A stretch of DNA of 64,000 bases from Tubiluchus corallicola. Taxonomy: Eukaryota; Animalia; Priapulida. Shown one piece after another: positions 1-12,200 of this stretch; position 1 is the stretch's first letter, and every line of letters begins with the position of its first letter. The position numbers and the translations under genes were made by a program. The notes beneath the pieces are model-generated. The model was not told the origin of the DNA. It made no database searches and saw only the letters and a list, made by a program, of their open reading frames with translations. The DNA is taken from assembly GCA_030141605.1 (NCBI GenBank), contig JAQGDQ010000116.1:496001-560000 (forward strand). The letters run 5' to 3'.

Positions 1-1186
1 ATAAAAGAGAACACGATGAGGCTAGGTAAATGTTAAAAGGAAAACAAAACCTGCAATTATTGTACAACCAAAATTATATAGTAATACATCAACTAATGTC
101 TCCTCAAAGGAAAAAGAACACAAGACATTAAATAAAATTAAGCCTAGGAACTAGAATCTACAATGACTATCAAACAAAATAATTTGAAAAGTAAACTGGA
201 ATGTAAAAATGAAAAATCATGATTGCTATCAATCGAAGGTAGCCGTCCTAAAATATGTATTTTACTATTAAATGAATTATTATTTAGAATAAAATTAGTG
301 GCGTATAACTGCTGGTCTGGGCTGGCTGGCTGCACTGCCAAGTTTGAGATGTGGAGATAAATTTTCCCGAACTGTAAATGCAAAAAGCTACTGTTCATTG
401 CCTTTTTAAAAATATATATTACGGTACTTTAAATTTGAGTTCTTTAAATTAATAATGAAAATTTTTTTAATGTTCCTCAAGGAAACTTGAAAAGTTCATA
501 TAAGAATGTCCTGTACAAAGCAGGACTGGACACTGCTGCCGGTGCAGAACTTGAACATGACTTCTCGTTTCCCCCTATTTTTTAATATCACCCACATTGC
601 TTTTCAAGGTTTCTGAGACTCTATTCAATCTAATTCTATATTATTAGTTAATATACAGTTCATTATAAGGTCTTTGGAACAAAAAAATTGTTAAAAATAT
701 TACTGCAAGCAAGGATAACAGAAAAAGAGACTTTGTCAAATAACTAAATCTTCAATGAAAACTGGTTATTGTAAATAAACTGACAAAATTAACCGTAAAA
801 TGCAGCATGACAACAAATGTAAACACTGTACAGTGAGCACAGCAGTGCAACTGGATTACGTTTGAAATGATGGCATACCTAGTTATTAATAAAAAAATTT
901 AATATAAATTACTAAACTCTGGTGAAGAATGTACGCATCACTGATTTGAGTTCCAACAGTTCTGAATAATACATATACATAATAAAATCATATTTAATTG
1001 CTATTCAATGATTTAATAACATACGCATATAGTAAAAACTCCAATATGATTAAATTTACTATTCAGTATATACAGTAATTGTACACATGATTTCAATGAA
1101 ATGCAGGTTTAGTTTACAAGTTGTTGCTATATAACGTTATGTGTTATCGTTCTGTACAAAATTGACTAGATTTTGTTTCACGAAGA

Positions 1187-3993
1187 TCATCCATCTAAAG
1201 GTGGTCCTAGGTAAACCATTGCCACTTCAGTGTTGCCATAAACTGCTGAAACAGCTGGGTAGAGTCTAGTGGCAGGTAATCCACGAAATGCTACACCAAG
1301 GAATTCATAGTTTCTTTCAAATGCTAAAGTATTGTCATCGCAGTCAAGAATGACTCGAATTCTTTCTCCAACCTATAAAAAATATACATGTATATAAAGG
1401 TTATGTGCCTTAGTTTGTCTACTAGTAGGTTTGGACATTAGCTATTTAATTTTAATTTAAGACAGAATAAGAAAGGACAGATCAGTGAAAATAAAGGAAG
1501 AAAAAATGTTCCATTCACCATACCGATTCTGGCTGTTTACCTCATTGAGTAACAATGTTTTCACATTCGTACGGACCAAGACACCGGTTCAATGTTCCAT
1601 CTTAAAGGGTTATCCTCAACAATGAAATAGGTTCCGGTCTTGTCACCATTATTAACATTGAGCAGACCCTACCACTGTGTACTGTATTCTGGTTTTCAGT
1701 GTACCAAAGTATAAAAAATCCTGGTTGGGGGCATTATCACGCATTTGAGGGTATTTTGGTACAATGACCATGCCTTTCAAATTTGAATCTTGTATATACA
1801 AATGTATTTTCAAACGCACAAAGATGCTCTGGTGGTCAGGGCTTCGAGCTCCGCTGGGGTCTGGCAGAGTTTACAGTACTCCTCCAGGACCCCTAAATAG
1901 TTGCTCGCATTTTTCCACGGATCATTACATGACAGTGATACCTCTGTCAATAAATCAAACAGCACTGAGTGGCTGAGACAACAAGAGAATAGCAATTCAC
2001 ATAAGATACATGTTTGGCAGACATTTATTAGGTTCTTCATGCCTTAAATCCTTCACATATATAAACGTTTGGATAGTTTTGTCATCTCCGAACAAAGCGC
2101 TTCCTGTAACAGCCTAACTGCATCAGATATTATGCAAACAAATGTATTTTTAGGCTGAACTCCAAATTTAATGTTTAGATTTTTTTAATGGAGTAATTAA
2201 CAGGATAATTAAAAAAACAAAAATTTCAGAGAATTTTTATTTCAAAGTCTTCTAGTTTCCAAATGATAGCCTGTATTTAAAACTTAAAAATAAAAACCTG
2301 TAGAGCATTTTTTCTGAGTAAAATTTTGCAATTACTCCAAGTTTGTACATTTGACAAATGTTCAAACAAGATAAGATATTAAGAAATTTGTACTGCTTGC
2401 TGCAGGTGAGTCTTCCCTGTGCTGGTTATTGAATTGACAGTCATCGCTCTCAATATAATTAGTAGCTGTGTAGTAAGGTAAAACGTGCATCAGTATATTA
2501 TTTTATGAATTTGTTTGCTTGCAACAGATTTTGCATGGGCTGCAAGTTTGGAAATTATTGCCAGTTACTATACATGTGTAGATGATTGTCTCAAGCGATG
2601 AATTTAGTTATGAAATAGTTTTAAATTAAAAAAACACAAAAACAGATGAGAACAAGGACTACCTTGGCATGCTAATGTTAGCCAGTGCTAACGAGCAGAG
2701 GGCGTATCAATGTTTGCTACTATGCTGAGTAATTGCATAAGCGCAAAGCAAAATTTTTATCCATTAGTTTGCAAAAGAAACTTCAAAGACTAAAAACGAA
2801 GAAAACAACAAAACATTTTTTGTTCTTATCTAATATTCTTATATATTAGGTGTTTCTTTTCGAAATTTCCTTATTTTTGGAGAGTGAAAATTTTAGTTAA
2901 TAAGACATTGTTTTTACCCATCATAGGTGATGGGTAAATGTATGTACCCATCATAAAGTTATAACTGCCAATTTTAACAGCTACTATTTAGCAAACACAC
3001 AATAAATGGTTTTTCAACTTTTTGGCCATTAAGACCATAAAATTGAGTCTTAATTCAACAACAACAAGTGTCTTCTGTTCAACGAATTAACTTCAGTTTT
3101 CATCAGCTAGCTGTTATACATTAGCCCTTATAAGTCTTGGCCTATATTCAATATTTTAATATTATGATTAATCTCTCATCAAATGAAATACAGCAAGGTG
3201 CACTCACTGCACTGCTTTTGTTCACTAGTCTTTGCAGTTCAATAATAGACAAATTTTTAGTGAAACTGCTGGAAGACAGTTTATGTGCCACAGTTTTTAC
3301 GGATAGGCTTACAGCTACTTAAACAGTAAGGTTAGATGTGCAGCCCAGCAACACAATAATTTTTATAGTTAAGACTACTTGTAAAGACATTAGCTCAGTA
3401 ACCTGATATTTTGGTGCATTGTTCAATAATGGATAGTTTCCTTGGCTATCTCCATTATGTATAAGATGATTATCTACAAGATTCCACCCCCAACTTTGAT
3501 TATCTCCACCTAGTAATGCTACGTAACCATGACACTGTACAGGAGCATCTTTTGTTGCTATACCGATCACAGCAACGGTACCAAGTGGTCCTTCCCACCA
3601 TACTTCCCATGCATGGCGCCCACTTCGAAACCCAATTTTGCCGCGAACACTGTCTGTGCTTTGTGCTACTGGATTTCTGTGAAATGTGAAAGCATCTGGT
3701 TTTATATACACATTTTTAGAACAGTCATTTGAATTCCAAGCGTGACAAAACGCTCTCAACTTTGCTTTCCATGTTGGGACATTTTGCAAAATGTCACTTT
3801 TTCTGCTATTTAACACTTCTTCTGCCAACCTACGAACACAGTGCATTCGCCACACGTCGTTGTTCTCGTCGTTAAGAAACTCGTACCATTTTTTACACAC
3901 AAGCGAGCAATTTCTGAGATCTGGAAAATCTAAATAAGAAAACAAAACTTCTAAAACATTGTTTGGCAATTTTCCCGCAGCAACCGCTGCCAT
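1187..3993 (-). CDS. FBXO45: F-box/SPRY domain protein 1 (FBXO45/Fsn), 2 coding exons, 258 aa
   Basis: Exon 1 is 3993-3403 (aaaATGGCA start; F-box [21 protein letters not shown]; [57 protein letters not shown], donor CAG|gttact). Exon 2 is 1372-1187 (ttttatag|[58 protein letters not shown]). The junction is phase 0 and the C-terminus matches the FBXO45 family as recalled. Confidence 0.96.
1445..1690 (-). mobile_element. Degenerate SINE-like remnant (Deu/Nin-domain-like core) in the FBXO45 intron
   Basis: The minus strand reads ccctttaagatggaacattgaaccggtgtcttggtcc, loosely resembling the ccttcggatgagacgttaaaccgaggtcc core of Deu/Nin SINEs, followed by an AT-rich tail. Resemblance is from recall only. 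Confidence 0.25.
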
Positions 3994-4400
3994 TTTGATT
4001 AGTGAAGTAGGAACAGTAGTTTTCATTTTCAACACCAGGTAGCGAAGATATCGTTTATGGCTTCTTGGTGTTTGTGAATCCTGTACACTCTAAACTAATT
4101 ATGTTTCTTGTTTGGCTTTCATGTAAATATATTGTAATGTTTTCGATTGTTTGTGTGTAATAGCATTTGTTTAGTTTTGCTCGCGCATTTGAAACGTCAG
4201 AATTAGTGTTGAAATAATGTGTCACTTAACGTTAGTCGCTATTATACGAGTCGTGTGCTGGAGTCACAGCTAGACATAGACGTATTCACGGCAGTGCAAT
4301 TTGCAAGTGTATATTTTCATGTTTTGCATCACTTGCATTTGGTAGGCAAATATAATTTACCACATACACAGGTAGTTTTAGTGTGACATGGACTGAATTT
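3994..4400. promoter_or_regulatory. Probable shared bidirectional promoter of FBXO45 and the FERM gene
   Basis: The genes diverge with ATGs at 3993(-) and 5423(+). CpG is locally elevated at about 3830-4290. A YY1-like AAAATGGC overlaps the FBXO45 start. The FERM ATG exon has a splice acceptor at 5350, so it needs an upstream non-coding exon, most simply in this interval. Confidence 0.5.
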
Positions 4401-5422
4401 TAGACAGTTATATTTAACTGTAAAAGTTTGCTACTGTTGATTCTATTGAAAAAATGATGTTATGGTTAACCAACCGTGATGACAAATGGCCATAGCATGC
4501 AATACCTGCCCAGACTTTTGCAAAAAGCATTAAACGTGTTACTGCAGAATAGTCTGCTGGTTAATAAACACAGGCATTAGAATAATTGGGCTAGAAGATC
4601 TTGGGGCCTGGTTAAGTAAACTTTACATACAATATTGTCAAAATGTTGTTGAATTTTAATAATTGTATATTCATTTACGTCATTAGCTGATAGTGAATTC
4701 CATTGACTAACCACTCAGACCGCAACAGGAATAGCTGTTAGCGGAGTGCACAATGAAGAAATCACGTGTCTTCAGCCAATAAAATTCTACTACTTTGATC
4801 ATTGCTATTACTTTCCACATTTTCCTGATAATTTAGTTTTTATGTATTTTGCCAAATCTCTCTCTTAGAGCATTGTCACAAATACTCGGAAAATCACAAA
4901 AAATGATACTAATGCACAGGTAGTGAATGTGTAGCATCTAGACATAAGATTATTATCACATAGAAGTGACAATGAGGACAAATCCAAAAAATTTTTCATG
5001 TAAAAGAAAAATCAGCAGATTTTGAAAAAAAGTGATGTATTAAGAAAAATTGCAAAATAAGCTTGTATCAGTTAGTTCGTTTATTTGTTTGAATGGATTA
5101 AAGGAGTGGAGAGCAGTCCATTGATTAAAATATTGTTTGCAGGTTCGTATAATATTAGCAATCAGTGGAAAATTGAAATTTATATTATTGTGTGGTCCTC
5201 TGTATGTTGACCAAAATTATCATCCATTCAGGTTCATTTTGATAGGCTTCTCTGATATCAGCACCACACTATGTAGTGTGCACCACTTTTAAATAGTTCT
5301 AAAAGGCTTTCCTTGAGATAGCTTTGACAGTGATTTTTTTTTTATTTTAGGTTCATATAGGCACTTTTGATGTTACACATATAAAAGATTAAGACTTTCT
5401 TTACAAAGTGCAAATCATTGCC

Positions 5423-8400
5423 ATGCAGTCGCAAACAAAAGGATCACAGCCTAATTCTCCTCACCGATCTGGAATGGCCAGTGGTGGAACCCTCACCCCA
5501 ATTTCTACAGACACGCCTCACAAAGGCAAAAATATTCTTGTCCAAGTTATTATGTTGGATGATACAGAAGCGTTGTTCAAAGTACCGGTAAGTATTGCTT
5601 GAAAACGTTTTAGGTTTTTTCAAGACAGTAGACCTGTAGTGTAGGTGTCAATGTAAATGACAGGAAACTATAAAAAAGTACATGTAATTTGTAATTAGGT
5701 TTTAAATCAGTAAAATCACTATTTCTCTAAGTAGATAGCTTGTAACTTTCTATTACCCTATTCTGAAAATGGGCTTAGCCCAGTAGTAAATGGTTTTGCT
5801 TTAGTTTTGCAACAGTCTGTTCTGTAAGCCGACTTCAAAAAGACGTCGTATACTGAGTTTTTTATGTCTGCTATTTGTGATTTTGTTCATCAGTAAATGT
5901 GATAAATAGTATTCTACTATACGATAACAATATAGTATATATATATATATATATTCTGTGTCATACTTTCTATCATCGTGACAGTAGGCTTAAGGCTTCT
6001 GTGTGAAGGATCTCACTAAAATCTTCCTTACATTTACTTGCACTGTTTATTTAACTTTTGCTAATAGTGAAAGAATTTTTTGTGAAATTTAAGTACTCCT
6101 TGCTACAGTTTACTAGCATTTGTTTAAGGAGGAAAAAATGTATTATTAACTAATGATGAAAAAGCGGAGTATTTAGTTGGAAAACATAGTATAATGATAT
6201 TTAAGATTTACAAGATACAGATAAAACTTTTTAGAACTTAAATAATGTAAGTAATGTAATCACGTTTATAAACTAAGTGAAATAGTTTAATTTTGTGATA
6301 CTGGGATTTAAGAGAAATGTTGGAGCTTGAGTCTTGACAACCCACGTCTTGCAAATGTTATGCGTGCCTGATAAGATAACCCATATGCAGTTTGCTTAAA
6401 TTTGCTAAAGTTTGTATAAATTTGCTTTAAAGACAAATATATTATTACATAACTTATATAAATTAAGTTGCAGCTGTGAATGTAAAATTTTCGAGCTTCG
6501 GGCAGTTCGTGCATGGCACAATTAAGTGATATACATTTGTTGTCTGTGTTGTGTAATATTATGATGTGGAAGATGAATTTAGTCACAGCTGCGTGTGCCC
6601 ATTCACATTTCCCTCATTAGTAATTACTACTTTCCTTAAAGACAGTGGTTAACTAAGAGATCAACTAAGTTATGTCTTTGAATAAATGAAACAAAGTACT
6701 GGAGTTGCCACTTCAGACCTGAGTACTTGCACAGTATTTCACTTGACTTCACTGTGCAATGAAAGGTGTTTTTTATGTCCACAACATTTTTTCATTTTGC
6801 CTCATAAATTGCCATGAGGTTGCGCATGTAAAATAAGCTGTTCACGTCTTGTTTTGGGCTATAAGTTAGCAAGTCCGTCTGTAGTAGTTTCTATTATACA
6901 GAGCAGCAACTAGCAAAACATAGCAACTAGCTCTTCCATAACACAAAACACAAATACTGTCTCCACAGATCTTTCTCCGGATGGTTCTCAGTAGACTAAG
7001 ACAAAACAACACCTTTTTTGCATTTTTAACATAAACCAACTGTAATTAAAAGCAACATTCAGCCTGAAATTAATTTTTTTTTCAATTGTATGCTTTTTCG
7101 TCATTTTCTGTAGTTGTCATTTGCCTCTGTTAACAGAGGAATAGAGAAGCATTATTTGAGCTTGTAAAGAGATCAATACTCAAAACACATTTCTGTAGTG
7201 TGTTTGGAGAAGAGGCAAGATTGTCATGTTCTCTAGTGATGAGCCGAGCTAATCAGTGTTCGATGATCAGAAACCAAACAGTTGTGATCGGTGATCGGTA
7301 AACAAGTTCTGATCGGCTCGGCATTAAATTATTTATCGGTTTAGGAAGCCATTCAACCGATCAAGCCATAAAAATTGTTGCATTTATAAGAAGATGTAAA
7401 AATAAAATATTTGAAACTTCAAGTAAAAGTTTCGAAATGTTTAATGTATTGTTACGGCGGCAACCACATTTCGTTCAAATGCCCTAACAGTGAGATCCCA
7501 CACTCAAAGGGCACCATCCACACATGCAGCAGATTTCGCATTTCAGTCCTGCTACTGAGGTTTGATCATTCAAGCTGTTTTGTTGCACTGTTTCATACCA
7601 TAATGAGTCATCTTGATAAATTTTCATCGCGTTCAGGCGACATATTGGTTTGCAGTGAAGACTGTGAAGATGAATGATCATTATTTTAATATTTTTTATG
7701 AATCAGGTAATTTTGTAGGTTTGAATTGCATTTTCTTTAATTATTTGAAACCTTTCACATTGCTTTGTCGTTCCCTTGTGCATTGGTGTAGGCTCATTAG
7801 GCAGCAGTCTTCTAGCTAGAGTAGAACTCGTTATAGTAATCGTAACAACTACCATGAATAATTGAAGAACACATGAAAATCAACTAGTTATTTTAAGACT
7901 CTCTTAGCTTTCTGAGTCTTAGTTGAAAAATTTATGAATTTATGGACCTGCTTTGTTTCATTGGCCAGGGAGGTGAAAATTGTTGTCTTCTAAAAGAGAA
8001 ATCATTAAAGTAGTTCAGCAAGGATTCAAAGTTCCATTAAAACATTTTGCTTTTATTTTACTTTATCGATAAAAATAGTAATGCTTTGAAAATCAAATAA
8101 CTGATTGCAGTTAAATGACGAAGTTTTATTGTTATAGTCCTATGGGTAATATCTTTTGATATGTAAAATAACTGGTATTACATAAAACAGCATAGCTTAA
8201 ACATAATTTTTATAGCAGCAATATCTATTTATTTTATCCTGCTTGATCTGTGATCGATCGGTATTGGTGAACGGCAAAGTTGATTGGCTCTGTACCCAAA
8301 AATGCTGATCGTGCTTAAGGTATTACAAGTCCAAAAGGTCACTTGTTTTCTGTCCGAAGTTTAACTACTTAAAAAAACCATTCATCTGTTGGGTAGATCA

Positions 8401-8821
8401 CCGTTGACAATAGACCTTAGAAACATTTGGGTGTGATCTTTCGTTGTATCATACATTACATTTCTTCAATAGTTTGACTTGTAGGTGGCATGAGAAGTTT
8501 AAAAATTAGTCTTTTTGAACGGATGCCCAAAACTGAGATGAATTACAGTCCTATATATTTGTAAGTATCTTGTTAACCACAAAGCTTCTTTGTCTTTTGC
8601 ATGCTCAAGTGTCATATTTGAAATGGGCCCGACCAAAATGCATTGTTTCTGTAAATCTAACCACAACGAGGTTTCCTATGTGTGTACCAGTTACGAACGC
8701 AGCTCAAATGATGGCACATTTTTTTAAATTGTCCCATTTTCTCAAGTTTGAGTGTGATGGAATCAGAGGAGACAGGCACAAATTTACCAACTAACTGGCT
8801 GTCCACTGTCCAACAGTAACC

Positions 8822-8910
<89 letters not shown>

Positions 8911-8965
8911 GAGAGAGAGTGAGAGTGAGAGTGAGAATGAGAGTGAGAGCGAGAGCGAGAGCGAG

Positions 8966-9033
<68 letters not shown>

Positions 9034-9178
9034 CGAGAGAGAGCGAGAGAGAGCGAGAGAGAGCGAGAGAGAGCGAGAGAGAGAGAGATTATTATTATTA
9101 TTATTATTATTCTTTATTTAAAATTTAAAATTGAACGCATATACAGATATTTACATAAAATACATACAGGGACCATAC

Positions 9179-9252
<74 letters not shown>

Positions 9253-12200
9253 AGAGCAGCTGGAGAAGGAAAATATGTACTTGCATGTTATATAAAAATG
9301 TGCTTTCTTTTCAGCAACAAGCGGAGGGTAAGGTGTTGTTTGATCAAGTTTGCAAAAGCCTCAACCTACTGGAGAGCGATTATTTCGGCTTAGAGTACAC
9401 AGATCTAATGGGAAACAAGGTTAAGCATGGAAAATATACATTCTCCGTTAATGTTTAGAAGTTGTATTATTAGCTACTTTGCCTGTTCTAGGGCATACTC
9501 CAAACAGTGCTATTCCCAAAGTTACTGGCAAACCCGAGACATGGCATCCTGCTTATGTTTTAAATTTTTGGTCTTGGATTAGCAGCATTACATTTACATT
9601 AACTGCTAGACTAACAGCTTTCGGCATTGAAATAATATCTATATTAAAGTCAGTTTTCTTAAAATTATTGGAAGCATTATCTCTGTATAGTAACTACAGG
9701 GACATTTTTAGTAACAATTTCTGTAACTTGAAACACACTTTGCCACACAAAAAAGACATGAAAACAAATAATAAACAGTAGCTGTCTCAAACTGCACTAT
9801 TAATCTCAGGAAACTTATGCTCTCTGAATTTTTCTTATATGGGACATCAATTGTTCCTGTGATCTATATTGTTATAGGAAAGTGCAGATCACTCATATTA
9901 TGTTGAAGATTTTGTCCTCTAGCAACATTGTAACACCTGTTTTCCTATAGGTCAGTACAACAATAATAAATTTTTTACAAACGTTTATTGCGTATAAATC
10001 TTAAGTAACACTATCTGGTACGGAAGACATCTTTTATAAACCAAACGACCGAGTTTCCTTTTACATCTAGCCTATTCAGTAGAAAAAAACAACAGAACCT
10101 CAGTATTGCTTTTGTTTGAGATTTACATAGTCAACTGCACTATAATAACATTATATATTACATGATCAGCTAAGGGTGCCATAATTAGTGCAAAAATTGG
10201 GGTAACCCGGAGTTGTAGTACTGACGACATGTTCTCGTTAATGTAGATTTTGCCAGAACATTTTTCAAATAAGCTATTATTGCATGAATGTCGCAGCCTC
10301 TGGGACAGTAGAAGCTGCCGCATCAGTTACGGTAAATGTAAACGTCTTCGAGTGCTTTTCATTACGTAATTAAAACATCATAAGAAACTTTCAGTTGCCA
10401 TTTAAAAGTTTAAATACTGTACTGGTAAATTTAAATGATACTATCAAATGCTCATAATTATAAACGAAGCCCTGGTTCTCAATGTTTTGTCTTATGTAAC
10501 ATAAGAAATCTGGGTCTCTAGATCTAATGGTCTGGCAAAAGGTAAACTTCGTATTGTTTTTAAACATTATCTTTAACATTTTCAGTGCTGGTTGGATCTC
10601 ACTAAACCTATGTGGAAGCAAGTGGGGGGCATTAGTGATCCGAAGTTTCAATTATGTGTAAAATTTTACACTCCAGATCCTGGACAGTTAGAAGAGGAAT
10701 ACACTAGGTAGGTTCTATTACTGAGTATTATGCTAAAGAATTCATACCAAGTGAGTCAAAAATCAAGTTATGAAACTGATTATTTATTAGAAAAGAAAGC
10801 TGGATTATAATTCAATAAGATTTATTTCCTGTTATGAAATAGTTTGTTGTCTTTCTTTTCAAATGTATCCTTCTTATTTTCAAGCTTGAGACTTTTCTTT
10901 AGAGTGAAATAGAGCTGAGCCAATGTCGTCTTTCCAAACAAAAAAGTAAAATTTCCATTCACTAGGTCCTAAGTTTTCTTCGATTCATATAATGCATTTC
11001 TGCAATATTTTTGAACTCTTAGTATTTACCATCTTCACTGGTAACTGTCAGCATTTTTCACTGTGAATATTTTCCATTTTATGGCTAAATTGATGTCAGT
11101 AACTGTATTTCATAAAATTTTTATGATTCAAATGTGCATTATGGTTTCGAGAAAAACGCTATTGACATATCGAGGGTGGATTTAATACTGTAGTTCGAAA
11201 TGCTAAGCGAAGATTTCACATACAATACCAAAACGGTGCGCATACAGAATAAGGATAAAATGTGTCTGGTGAATATGGACAGAAACCAAAACTAAAATAC
11301 ATCACACTTACCAGTTTATAACATTATTGCTAGCTAGTAAAGCCCGTTTGATTTAAAACTGCAGGAAGGATAAAATGCCATAACACTGGCATTTTGTGTA
11401 ATTTAAAAAATAATTCAAGGAAATGATTTTGACATTTAAATAGGTCTGCGTAATAAGCATGTCTTATTTTTTCATTTCAGAAATTATTAACCTACCCGTA
11501 AAGTAGTTTATTTTAAGAGAAAACGTAAATAAAATCTTCAATTTTAGTCCTTGCTAATTTTCTACTACATATGCCCTTGTGTCAGCATATCACTCGTTTT
11601 TATGTAAGCTAAAGTCTTCTAGATGTTGAGAGGCAGGAGAACAGCTGACTGTATCAGTTTACAGTAAATACTTACACATCGCCCTCTTCTGCTGCCAAAC
11701 ATTCCGGATGGGTGTAAGATATCAAACTCGCGTGTTACACACCAAGAGATGATGTCATTTTCAATGATTTATAGCAGTAATTTGATCATGTGCACTTGTC
11801 ACCAACTGAATTTAATATTACTGGCTTTCCTTATTCAAGCCTTTGTATTATTATTTTATCTTAGGGGAACTATTGGCTAGCTGTTTTAAACAGGAAATGT
11901 TTATATTCTATGTAATAATTGTTGTTTCAATTTCAATCCTAGCTAGTTGCAACTTTTATTATTTTATTGTTACCTTGCTCATGTAGTGTTGTCTATACGT
12001 AATCGAAGTAGTTAACATCCTTGCAGTTTATTACATCATAAAGGTGGAACTAAAGTTTCTTCCCGTTTTCCACTGTTTTTCAACAAAATTACTGTGTGAT
12101 TGTAAAATTTATGTTAAACTGAACAGTGTCATTCAGATAATTTGTCAAATGTGTTGAAATACATAACCATGACAAGTTGTTTTAAAATTACATTTGTAAA

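Noticed and set aside
3319-3402. C-terminal VTELMSLQ.. of the 238-aa ORF
   Set aside because: Intron read-through; the conserved FBXO45 C-terminus is the exon at 1372-1187.
8907-9128. RE-repeat ORF
   Set aside because: Translation of the (GA)n microsatellite.
10865-10872. GTATCCTT U12-type donor-like words (also at 31526)
   Set aside because: Not at exon boundaries required by the protein; all reconstructed introns are ordinary GT-AG.
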